64,000 bases of DNA from an uncultured Acidobacteriota bacterium (lineage in GTDB: Bacteria; Acidobacteriota; Vicinamibacteria; Vicinamibacterales; SCN-69-37): NCBI GenBank assembly GCA_963798795.1, contig CAWCUZ010000002.1, positions 11,169-75,168 of the forward strand. Direction: 5' to 3'. This document shows, piece after piece, positions 8,335-17,731 of this stretch. A program made the translations under genes and the position numbers. Position 1 is the first letter of the stretch. Every line of letters starts with the position of its first letter. The notes under the pieces are model-generated. The model did not search any database and was not told the DNA's origin. It saw only the letters and a program-made list of their open reading frames with translations.

Positions 8335-11300
8335 ATGCGGTTGAATTTTCGTCACGGTCTTTGTGTGCTCGCTGCCCTTGCGGCGAGTGTCATGTACAGC
8401 AGCGCGCCCGGGACTCCGCCGGTGCGCGCCCAATCCGCCGGCGCCCCGGGGGGCTTCATCGAACGGTCAGATAGCGCGACCACGCGCGCGCCGTTCTCGG
8501 CGGCCCAGCTGCAAACGTTCCTCCCGTCGCGCGGAGCGTTCACGTTCCCCTCCCCGTACAACACGGAGGCCGTTCGCCTGACGAATGCCAGCGACTGTTC
8601 CGGACTCACCGACTGCGTGCTGCCGACGGGCTACTCCTACTGGCGGAACATCAATCAGCACGCCGGCAGCAACATCCTGTACGCCTTCATCACGCTTTAC
8701 CGCTCGTTGGGCGGACCCGGACCGTCGCTGTTCAGCTACAACAAGGCCACCGGCGAAACACGGAACGTCGGCCCGCTGTTCGATGGCGCCAGCAACTGGT
8801 CGTCCGACACGGGAGAGGGGTGGTATTTCAGCGCGATCAGCCCCACGACGCTGTTCGTCAACGACGCGTCGAAGCTGTACCGGTATGACATCCTGGCCCA
8901 CACGTTCCAGGCCATTTTCGACGTGCGGAGCCAGTTCGGCTCCGACAAGATGATCTGGCAGATCCACTCGAGCGACACCGAGCAGGTGCACTCGTTCACC
9001 CTCAAGGACGCCAACTACAACGACCTGGGCTGCGGCGCCTACAGCGAAGTGACGCAGCAGTTCTCCTACTTCCCGCGGGAGGGCGAGTACGACGAGTGCC
9101 AGATCGACGGCAGCGGACGGTACTTGACCATCAAGGAGAACGTCGACGGCCTGAACGGCGAAGACATGCGGACCATCGACCTGCAGACGAGCCAGGAGAA
9201 GGTCCTCTACGATCAGGACGGCGCCCCCGGACACTCGGACGTCGGCTTCGGCTACGTGATTGGCCAGGACAATTGGAACACCCTGCCCGGCGCCACCCGG
9301 CTGTGGTTCCTGGATCGGCCGTTCACCGATGCCTCACAGGGCAAGCTGGTGTATCGCGAGGGGACCTGGCAGAACGGCAGCACGCATATCTCGCACACCA
9401 ACGCAGTGAACCTGGCGCCGACCACGCAGATGGCCTGCGGCTCGACGCAGTTGGTGACGCCGCAGGCGACCAACCGCGACGGCGAGCTGTACTGCTACCG
9501 GCTCGACGGCAGCTCGAACGTGCTGGTCGTGGCCCCCTCGATGTCCAACGTCAACGGCAGCGGCGGCGCCGACTACTACTCGCGCTTGCCGAAGGCGAAC
9601 GTAGATGCCGATGGCCAGTACATGATGTGGACGTCGAACATGGCCGGCAGCGGACGGCTCGACGCCTTCATCGTGCATGTGCCCTCCCAGATGCTGCTGG
9701 GCGGCGGCGGTGGTGGCGACACCCAGGCCCCGACAGTGGCCCTGACCGCCCCGGCGTCGGGCGCGACCGTGTCGGGCAGCGTGACCGTGAGCGCCAACGC
9801 CACCGACAACGTGGGCGTGGCCGGTGTCCAGTTCCGTCTCGACGGCGTCAACCTGGGTGCCGAAGACCAGACCTCGCCCTATTCGATCAGCTGGTCCACC
9901 GGCGGCGCGGCCGACGGTCAGCACGTCCTGACGGCCGTCGCGCACGATGCGGCCGGCAACCAGGCCGTGGCGTCCGGCGTGACCGTTTCGGTCAACAACA
10001 CGCCGTTGCAGGCGTCGGGCATTGGTGCCACGAACCTGTCGTCCAGCCAGGCCACGATCAACTGGACGACGAATCTGGCGTCCGACTCGCAGGTGGATTA
10101 CGGCACGACCACGGCCTACGGCAGCTCGACCGCGCTCGCCGGCGCGATGGTGACCAGCCACAGCCAGTCGCTCAGCGGGCTGGCGGCCAACACCACCTAC
10201 CATTTTCGGGTGAAGTCGAAGACCGCCCAAGGCCAGAGCGGTGCGTGGGGAGACTACACGTTCCACACGGCAACCGGCGGTGACACGCAGCCGCCGACCG
10301 TCAGCCTCACCGGCCCGGCGCCGGGCGCAACCGTGTCGGGCACCGTCAGCATCAGCGCGAATGCCAGCGACAACATCGGCGTGGCCGGCGTTCGGTTCCG
10401 GATCGACGGCTCCAACTTCGGTACCCGAAGATCAGAGCTCGCCCTATGCGGTCAACTGGGCGACCACCGGGACGGCGGACGGTCAGCACGTCCTGACGGC
10501 CGTGGCGCGCGACGCGGCCGGGAACCAGGCCACCGCCTCGTCCGTGACCGTCACCGTGCACAACGCGTCCGCCAACCTGCAGGCGTCGGGCATCGGGGCC
10601 ACGAATCTGTCGTCCAGCACCGCCACCATCAACTGGACGACCAATCTCGCTTCCGACTCCCAGGTCGACTACGGAACCAGCACCGCCTACGGCAGCTCGA
10701 CGACGCTCAATTCGGCCATGGTGACCACCCACTCGCAGTCGCTGAGCGGGTTGGCCGCCAACACGACGTACCACTTCCGAGTGAGGTCGAGGACCGCTCA
10801 GGGTCAGAGCGGCGTGTGGGGAGACTACACGTTCAGAACCGCGGCCGCGTCCCAGGGTTCCGGCCGCGCCAAAGTGCGGTGGGTCGATTCTGGTGAACGC
10901 CACCGTCGTGGGCGGCAGCCTGCGGAAATCGAATGGCTGTGCCGGCTGTCCGGATGCCGGCGCCCGATCCGATCAGGCGATCACCTCGGGCGACGGCTAC
11001 GTCGAGTTCACGATCTCGAAGGTATCGGGCCTGCGGTTCATCGGTCTGAGCAACACGAGCTCGGGCACCGGGTCATCCGAGATCAAGTTCGCGCTGCGCG
11101 TCGAAACCCCGTTCGTCGAAGTGCGAGAGAACGGCGTCTACAAGTGGGACATCCCGCTGTTGGCGGGTGACACGTTCCGCATCGCCGTCACGGGCGGCCA
11201 CGTAACGTACGCCAGGAACGGCCAGGTCTTCTACACGAGTGCCCAGACGCCCAGCTATCCGCTGATCGCCGACGCCTCGCTCTACAGCTACGGGGCGTGG

Positions 11301-12058
11301 ATTGATGATGCGGTGATCGCCGGTCCTGGCGTCCCGCCCGACCCGGACGGTCCGACCAACCCGAAGATGGCCCTCGACCTGCCGACCGCCGGCCCGGTGA
11401 CGGAACCCTTCGCGGTGTCGGGCTGGGCCCTGGATCTCGGCGCCAATTCCGGCACGGGCGTGGATCTTGTCCATGTCTGGGCGGTGCCGGTGAGCGGCGA
11501 CCCGATCTTCCTCGGCGTAACGACATACGGGACGCTGCGGCCGGACGTCGGCGCCGCCTTCGGCACGCAGTTCGCCAACTCGGGCTTCTCACTCATCGCG
11601 AGCGGTCTGGCGCCCGGTCCGTACCGGATCATCGCCTACGCCAACAGCACGGTCACCAATTCGTTCAGCAATGCCCGGGCGACCGACGTCAGCGTCAATT
11701 CGAGCACGCGGCTGTATGTAGACGCGCCCAGCAGCCTGACGCACGTGCGGGGCACGTTCCTGGTGGGAGGATGGACCGCTGACTTGAGCTCGGCCAGCGA
11801 TCCGGGCATCGACGCCGTGCACGTCTACGCCTACCACAATCCGGGATCGGGCGAGGCGCCGACCTTCCTCGGTGCGGCGACGCTGGGCGGCGTCCGGCCG
11901 GACGTCGCGCTGGTCTTCGGGCCGGCCTATCTGCCGTCGGGTACAACCTCATGGCGGGCGGCCTCGCACCAGGCATCTACGACATCGTCGTCTACTCGCA
12001 CAGCCGCCTGCTGGGCACCTGGGAAGCCCGCGTCTCGCGGATTGTGGTCGATCCATAG
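8335..12058 (+). pseudogene. Large secreted multidomain protein (signal peptide, ~450-aa N-terminal domain, 2 x [Ig-like + FN3], lectin/LamG-like domain, 2 x C-terminal beta-sandwich repeats), interrupted by three 1-nt frameshifts
   Basis: The ATG at 8335 is preceded by GAGGGA, and the signal peptide reads MRLNFRHGLCVLAALAASV. Coding sense passes from ORF 8335..10896 to ORF 10241..11170 at ~10426. There the sequence is ggtaccCgaagat, against ggtgccgaagac in the sister repeat. It passes to ORF 10893..12227 at ~10888, and then to a third frame at ~11941. That last frame reads ...PSG YNLMAGGLAPGIYDIVVYSHSRLLGTWEARVSRIVVDP and ends at TAG 12056-12058. Confidence 0.7.
9712..10840 (+). repeat. Intragenic tandem duplication, 2 x ~564 bp (188 aa: Ig-like + fibronectin-III module)
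   Basis: Copy 1 runs GGDTQAPTVALTAPASGATVSGSVTVSANATDNVGVAGVQFRLDG...TTYHFRVKSKTAQGQSGAWGDYTFHTAT. Copy 2 runs GGDTQPPTVSLTGPAPGATVSGTVSISANASDNIGVAGVRFRIDG...TTYHFRVRSRTAQGQSGVWGDYTFRTAA. The two copies are collinear over the whole unit. Confidence 0.88.
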
Positions 12059-12179
12059 CAGCCCGCGGTCCAAGTCCGCCGTCGCACCGAGACGGCCGAT
12101 GCGCCCGGCCGGCCCGGCGCGACGACCGAGAATGCGGACTGGCACGACGGGCTACCGGGAGTGGTGGGGTCCGGACGGT

Positions 12180-12203
12180 CCGCGGGCCTGTCGAGGCCCG
12201 CGG
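12180..12203. terminator. GC-rich hairpin between convergent genes (candidate bidirectional terminator)
   Basis: A perfect 9-bp stem, CCGCGGGCC / GGCCCGCGG, closes a 6-nt loop. It lies 17 nt beyond the last EPS-locus stop (12220-12222, minus strand) and ~120 nt beyond the plus-strand stop at 12058. There is no U tract. Confidence 0.3.
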
Positions 12204-12219
12204 CGCCGCCGCGGGCCGG

Positions 12220-12998
12220 CTACTTGACGCACACGAAGAGCGTGTAGCCACCGAAGGTGAGGATGAGCTGCCGCAGGGGCGGCAGCGTCTTGCAGGCACG
12301 CAGCGCGAGGCGCTTGACCGGATCGGACGCGGTCGTCGGGTCGAGACGGTCGACACGGTCGTAGATCTGCCGAAAGCCGAGGTGCTTGAACTCCCGGCGC
12401 AGGACCGAGTGCCGGAACTGGTTGAAGTCGATGCCGAGTTTCATCACGTCGGGGCCCTGCACGTTTTGCGCAGGCGGAAACGCCAGGCGTTAGGCATCCA
12501 GCCGTAGAGCGGGAATTGTATTCGCCGCTCGTGAAGCTGAATTGTTCGTGGACGCAAAGAAGAACACGCCGCCCGGCTTGAGGGCGCGGTGGACTTGCGG
12601 GCCAGCCCGAGGCGCCATTGCTCGACGTGCTCGAACACCGACGAGGAGAAGATGGCGTCGTAGATCCCCTCGCCGATGTCGGACTGCTCCACGTTTCCCA
12701 GCTCGATGTCGGGCTCGACGCCGTAGCGGCGGCCCATCGCGCGCGCGTATTCGACGAGATCCGGGCTGATTTCCAGGCCTTTGCAGCGGAGCCCTTCGAG
12801 GGCGCAGAGGATCGGGAACCAGCCGGTGCCAACTCCGATCTCGAGCAGGCGCGACTCGCTGTTCAATGTGAGATAGGGCCGCACCATGCCGAGATAGTTC
12901 TGGTACTGCCGCTGTTTCGCCGGACTGCGCAGGTCCTCTTCCCCGACATTGCGCAGGTACCGGGCGATCTCCGAAACGCGTTCGTGGTAGATCTCCAT
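12220..12998 (-). pseudogene. Class I SAM-dependent methyltransferase with about four frameshifts in its 3' half
   Basis: The N-terminal part is intact (LLEIGVGTGWFPILCALEGLRCKGLEISPDLV...IFSSSVFEHVEQW). Recognisable segments then appear in successive frames: QVHRALKPGGVFFFASTN, then FSFTSGEYN, then FPLYGWMPNAWRFRLRK, then QGPDVMKLGIDFNQFRHSVLRREFKHLGFRQIYDRV... The switches fall near 12600, 12545, 12520 and 12465. Confidence 0.7.
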
Positions 12999-13040
12999 CC
13001 TGTGATCCTCGGCCGCACGCCGAACCTGTTGATGCAGCGA

Positions 13041-14336
13041 TCAGCGTTCGGCCAGGCTGATCCCGAATTGCCGTTGAAGAGAGTCCGCACAGTCCCCGAA
13101 CCGCCGCCGATCCGCGTCGTGCACGTGGGCGGGCATCGGCCGCCAGCACAGCGGCGCGATGTCGCGGGTCCACGGACGGCCGTGGCGCGCCGCCAGGGCC
13201 CGCAGAATGCCATTCAGCCGCGCGGAGGACGTGTGACAGGAGACATTGGCCTCGGCCCAGCGGCGCGCACCGAACGTCGCCGCGCGCTCGAGGAAGGCGC
13301 TCAACTGGCGCGCCAGCCCTCGCCGGGTGACCAGAATACCAGTTTCGCCATTGACGTAGGCTTTGGAGCCCACGTGAGCCTCGCGCATCAACGCGACGGG
13401 TGCGTCGGCGAACAGGCTCTCGACCACGGCCACGCACGACCCCTCGCGCCGACTGAACAATACGCTGATGCGCGCGTCGGCCTGAAGGGTCCGGACCTCC
13501 TCGATCGTCACGTCTGAGCGGAGTTCCAGATCCTGCCGGACACCGAACGCCCGGGCTTCGGCGCGAATCGTCTCCGCCGTCCGATCCGGCGCCGATCGGC
13601 CCACCAGCACGACCCGCAGCTGCGGCGCCATGTGGCGCAGCGCCTCGAACAGCAGCCAGTGACGTTTGAATGGGAGCCAGTTGGCGACCATCAGGATGTC
13701 GATGCTCCGGCTGGCGTGCGGCCTGGGCCGGTAGAGCGATGGGTCGATCCAGTCGCACGCCATGATGGGCAGCGGCTCGACGATCGGTTCGAGCAGTCGA
13801 TACGCCTCAACATCGGCCGGGTGGGAGACACCGAGCAGCACCGGCTCGCGGCTGAGACCGGCAAAGTGGGCCATGGCACCGTAGTCCGGCGGCGACCAGG
13901 AGGACGCGCCCACCAGCTGGAACTCGTCGAGCAGGCGCGCGGCGTCCGGCCGGTCGAGCAGCCGGACCCAGTTGTACTCGAACGAACTGTAGAGCACACC
14001 CTTTTCGCCATTCGCTCCGGGCGCCTTGACGACGATGGTCGCGGCGACCGGCTTGCCGTCGAACCCGCCGAACTCGCCGTAGTACTTGCTCATGGCGATG
14101 CGGCGCGCTCGCCAAATCGCGGCGGGCCGCCCCGTCAGGTGCGGCTCGAGGCGCCGGCGCAGGCGCCGGCGCAGCCACGGCCAGTCCGTCCGGCGGGCCG
14201 CAATCACGAGCCGCTCGAGCCGCCGTTCGAGCGGCTGCCCTGGGAGCCGGCTGCCCGCGTACAGAACGACGCCGTGCAGCTCCCGCAACAGCACCGCCTG
14301 CCGCAGGCGCCCTTGCGTCCGCATGCGCCACCGCAT
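13041..14336 (-). CDS. Glycosyltransferase (GT-B fold, GT4-like)
   Basis: The C-terminal GT-B motif is present (VLFSRREGSCVAVVESLFADAPVALMREAHVGSKAYVNGETGILV). I placed the start at ATG 14336, 25 nt after the upstream stop. ATG 14324 is an alternative; the longer ORF up to 14648 overlaps the GT2 gene. Confidence 0.78.
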   Translation of the reverse strand: MRWRMRTQGRLRQAVLLRELHGVVLYAGSRLPGQPLERRLERLVIAARRTDWPWLRRRLRRRLEPHLTGRPAAIWRARRIAMSKYYGEFGGFDGKPVAATIVVKAPGANGEKGVLYSSFEYNWVRLLDRPDAARLLDEFQLVGASSWSPPDYGAMAHFAGLSREPVLLGVSHPADVEAYRLLEPIVEPLPIMACDWIDPSLYRPRPHASRSIDILMVANWLPFKRHWLLFEALRHMAPQLRVVLVGRSAPDRTAETIRAEARAFGVRQDLELRSDVTIEEVRTLQADARISVLFSRREGSCVAVVESLFADAPVALMREAHVGSKAYVNGETGILVTRRGLARQLSAFLERAATFGARRWAEANVSCHTSSARLNGILRALAARHGRPWTRDIAPLCWRPMPAHVHDADRRRFGDCADSLQRQFGISLAER

Positions 14337-14361
14337 CCCCAGCGCCCGCCAGCCACGCACG

Positions 14362-15555
14362 TCAGCGGGCGGCCGGGGTTCGGCCGCCGGCGTCGGTGCG
14401 CTCGGCGACGAGCGGCTGACGCCAGGTGACACGCTGCCGGCCTGTGAGGAAGTAGACAAATCCGACCACCGTCGCCCAAGTGAGAAAACACATCGCGTAG
14501 GGCACGACCAGGCCCGGAACCCGGCGCCGGGCGGGCGGGACGCCGTACGCGAACGCCGCGCCGGCCAGGAAGGCGATCTGCGCGCCCAGGCTGACCGCAT
14601 AGAGCCACGACCGGCCGGCCAGCGCCAGGCTGCCGGCGAACGCGCCAACCCAGAAGACCGGCAGGAACAACCGCAGCACCTTGTGCGAAATCGTCTGGAT
14701 CCACAGCCGGTTGCGGAATGGATTGACCGTCCATCGCTCGCGGAAGAACAGCTGGAAGTTGCCGCCGATCGTCCGCACCTTCCTGACGAATTCCGCGCGG
14801 TCCGCCTTGACCCGCTGATCGAACGCCCGAGCCGCCGGCTCGAACAGCACCCGCCGCCCGTGCCGCGCGATCTGCAGCGGAATCAACACGTCATCGAGGA
14901 TCGTGTCCGGCGGGATCGGTTCGAACAGGTCGCGGCGGATGGCATAGAGCGCCCCGGTCGCGCCAACCGTCGAATCCACCCGGCTTTCCGCCCAGCGCAC
15001 CAGCTTCTCGTAGCCCCAATACACGGCCGTGCCCTCCCCCGCCGCCGACTGACCGGGGTCGGCCACCAGCACCAGCTCGCCGCTGACCGCGCCGACCTGC
15101 GGATCGGCGAACCCGTCGACGAGCTGCCGGACGCAATCCGGATCGAGCTGTTGGCGGGCATCGGCGAGGACGACGATGTCTCCCCGCGCGGATCGAATGA
15201 CGTCATTGAGCACCGCGGGCTTGCCGCGCCGCTCGTCGAACGCCACGACGCGGATCCGGGGCTCGTACCGCCGCGCGCGGCGCACGGTGTCGTCGGTCGA
15301 CCCGTCGGACGCCACCACCACCTCGAGTTGATCGGCGGGATAGGTCTGCGCAAGCAGGTTTTCGATCTTGGCTTCGATGCGCGACGCTTCGTCGTGAGCC
15401 ACCACGACCACCGTCACCGGGCGCCGGAGCGCGCCCCGCAGCGGCTGGCGCGGACGGACGACGGCAACCAGCCAGATCGCTGCCGGATAGCCGACGTACG
15501 TGTAGGCCATCAGGCCGACTGAAGCCCAGAAGACCCAGGCCGCCGCGGTGTCCAT
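14362..15555 (-). CDS. Family 2 glycosyltransferase with C-terminal TM segments
   Basis: The GT2 core reads VTVVVVAHDEASRIEAKIENLL...VVVASDGSTDDT...VVLADARQ (DxD-type) ...GATGALYAIRRDLF. Several TM helices lie at both ends. ATG 15553-15555 shares one nt with the upstream TGA. Confidence 0.85.
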   Translation of the reverse strand: MDTAAAWVFWASVGLMAYTYVGYPAAIWLVAVVRPRQPLRGALRRPVTVVVVAHDEASRIEAKIENLLAQTYPADQLEVVVASDGSTDDTVRRARRYEPRIRVVAFDERRGKPAVLNDVIRSARGDIVVLADARQQLDPDCVRQLVDGFADPQVGAVSGELVLVADPGQSAAGEGTAVYWGYEKLVRWAESRVDSTVGATGALYAIRRDLFEPIPPDTILDDVLIPLQIARHGRRVLFEPAARAFDQRVKADRAEFVRKVRTIGGNFQLFFRERWTVNPFRNRLWIQTISHKVLRLFLPVFWVGAFAGSLALAGRSWLYAVSLGAQIAFLAGAAFAYGVPPARRRVPGLVVPYAMCFLTWATVVGFVYFLTGRQRVTWRQPLVAERTDAGGRTPAAR

Positions 15556-16871
15556 CACCGAGCCGCCGCCTCGTCGGCCATGAGCGTCGACAGCACCTGT
15601 CGAACGGCCCCGCGGGTCAGGTCGACGATGACGCAGCCGGCGGGCGCGGCGACCAGCGCCCGCGCCGCGTCCCGGCTCGCCCCGCCGATGACGAGCACCT
15701 CCGCGTCCGCCACGAGAGCGTCGACGCTCTCGCACAACAGCGAGGCCAGGTGCGGGATCTCGCGTTCGATGTATCGCCGGTTGGAGCCCATCAGTTTCGC
15801 GATGCTGACGTTGCGGTCCAGAATCCGGAGATGACAGCCCTTGCCGATGAGCGCCTCGACGAGCGCGACGACGGGGCTTTCGCGAAGATCGTCGGTGCCG
15901 GGCTTGAACGCCAGCCCGGCGACCGCCACGTGCCGCTTCCTGGTCTCGAGGACCGCGTCAATGGCCGTTTTTACCTGCCGCTCGTTGGACGGCAGGATCG
16001 CGGAGAGCAGCGGCACCTCGAGGTGACGGTCGCGGGCCGCCCACAACAGCGCCCGGACATCCTTCGGCAGGCAGGATCCGCCGAAGGCGAAGCCCGGCTT
16101 CAGGTAGGCGTCCGACACATTCAGCTTGCGGTCCAGCGCGAAGATGCGCATCACCTCCACCGGATCCGCGCCGAACGCCGCGCACAGATCGCCCATTTCA
16201 TTCGCGAAGCACACCTTGAGGCCGTGGTAGGCGTTGGAGGCGTACTTCACCAGCTCGGCCGTCCGCAGCGCCGTGTGCACGAACGGCGCGTCGACCCCGT
16301 GATAGAGCGCTTCGACCTGCGCCGCGGTGTCCGGGTCGTCGCAGCCGACGATGACAAACGGCGGGTGATCGAAATCATGGAGCGACGAGCCTTCGCGCAT
16401 GAACTCAGGGTTCATCGCCACGCGGAAGTCCATCGGGCCGCCCTCCGCGCCCTCGCGCAGGGCGGGCGCCAGCACGCGCTCGATCGTGCCGGGCAGCACG
16501 GTGCTACGCAGCACCACCGCGAAGCGGCCCTGTCGACCGCCCACTGCGCGCCCGATCTCGATGCCCACCCGCCCGATCGCCTCCACGTCCGGGCCGCCGT
16601 GTCCCTGGCTGGGGGTGCCGACACACACGAGGGCCAGGTCGGATTGCTCGACGGCGGTCCGGCCGTCGGTCGTCGCCGTCAGGCGGCCGCCCGCCACCAC
16701 CTCGGCCAGCAGCTCGTCGAGGCCAGCCTCGACAATCGGCGCGCGGCCGGCAAGGATGAGGTTCACTTTCTCCGGCGACACGTCGACGCCGACAACCCGA
16801 TGGCCCGCACGGGCCATGCAGGCGGCCGTCACGCACCCGACATATCCCAGTCCGAACACGGTGACGTTCAT
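15555..16871 (-). CDS. UDP-glucose/GDP-mannose 6-dehydrogenase family protein
   Basis: The N-terminus reads MNVTVFGLGYVGCVTAACMARAGHRV (GxGxxG). The catalytic region reads GFAFGGSCLPKDVRAL. The product is 438 aa. The start overlaps the upstream stop as ATGA at 16868-16871. Confidence 0.9.
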   Translation of the reverse strand: MNVTVFGLGYVGCVTAACMARAGHRVVGVDVSPEKVNLILAGRAPIVEAGLDELLAEVVAGGRLTATTDGRTAVEQSDLALVCVGTPSQGHGGPDVEAIGRVGIEIGRAVGGRQGRFAVVLRSTVLPGTIERVLAPALREGAEGGPMDFRVAMNPEFMREGSSLHDFDHPPFVIVGCDDPDTAAQVEALYHGVDAPFVHTALRTAELVKYASNAYHGLKVCFANEMGDLCAAFGADPVEVMRIFALDRKLNVSDAYLKPGFAFGGSCLPKDVRALLWAARDRHLEVPLLSAILPSNERQVKTAIDAVLETRKRHVAVAGLAFKPGTDDLRESPVVALVEALIGKGCHLRILDRNVSIAKLMGSNRRYIEREIPHLASLLCESVDALVADAEVLVIGGASRDAARALVAAPAGCVIVDLTRGAVRQVLSTLMADEAAAR

Positions 16872-17731
16872 TCCTGTGTGCTCCGCCGCTGTCCGCCAGC
16901 GGCATGCGACGCCCACCAGAGGCCCAGGCGCGGATAGGCCGCCCCGAGGAGGGGCTTCAGCAATTGCTTGGCGCTCCAGACCGCCCACTCGCGCCGGATG
17001 ACCGACGGAACGAGCGACGCCAGAGCGGCCGTCGTCAGGGCCGGCTGGGAGGCGCGGTGGACGGCGAACCGGCCCGCCAGTGCGCAACCGCCCCGCGTGC
17101 GGACCGACGGGTACGGTTCGGAGGTGAACAGCAGCGCGAGGCCCGATTGGGCGGCGCGGTACGCCGCGCGGGACGAGACAAAACCGCCGCGCACCGAGGC
17201 CACCGTCACGGCGTGGCCGAGCAGATCCTCGAGGAACATCCGGCTGGCGCGCCACTCGTCGAACATCCGGTTCCAGTTCCGGGCCGAGAAGACAGCGGAG
17301 GTGAACGTCAGATGACCCCCGATCAAGTGCCCGCGCTCGTCGAGCTCGCGGATCTGGCGGCGGTCCAGGAACCCACGCGTCCCCACCATGTCGGCGCAAA
17401 CGAAACAATGACCGCGCCAGCCGAGCGACTCGAGCCGATCGGCGACGAGCGTGTAGTAGGACAGGCCGCCATCGTCGACGGTGAGCGCGAAGGACGAGCG
17501 GTCGTCGACGAGTCCCGGCGCCAGAATGACGGGCTGGCGCTGCAGTTCCAGGAGCGCCGCCAGGACGGCATCGAAGGCGTCGACCCGCATTTTGGCCACG
17601 TGCGTTCCCGGCGCGACGAAGCCGCTCTCGTCCGGATCGCGGGTGTAGACGTCCCGAAACAGCAGCGAAACCGGTCCGGATGCCGGCGGCCGGTGCGGCT
17701 GACGCGACACGTGCGACTCAGGGAGCAGCAT
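16868..17731 (-). CDS. Polysaccharide deacetylase-like (NodB-homology) protein
   Basis: 287 aa with the motif ALTVDDGGLSYYTLVADRLESLGWRGHCFV. Its size and its place in the operon fit this call, but the motifs are divergent, so the family assignment is moderate. Confidence 0.65.
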   Translation of the reverse strand: MLLPESHVSRQPHRPPASGPVSLLFRDVYTRDPDESGFVAPGTHVAKMRVDAFDAVLAALLELQRQPVILAPGLVDDRSSFALTVDDGGLSYYTLVADRLESLGWRGHCFVCADMVGTRGFLDRRQIRELDERGHLIGGHLTFTSAVFSARNWNRMFDEWRASRMFLEDLLGHAVTVASVRGGFVSSRAAYRAAQSGLALLFTSEPYPSVRTRGGCALAGRFAVHRASQPALTTAALASLVPSVIRREWAVWSAKQLLKPLLGAAYPRLGLWWASHAAGGQRRSTQE

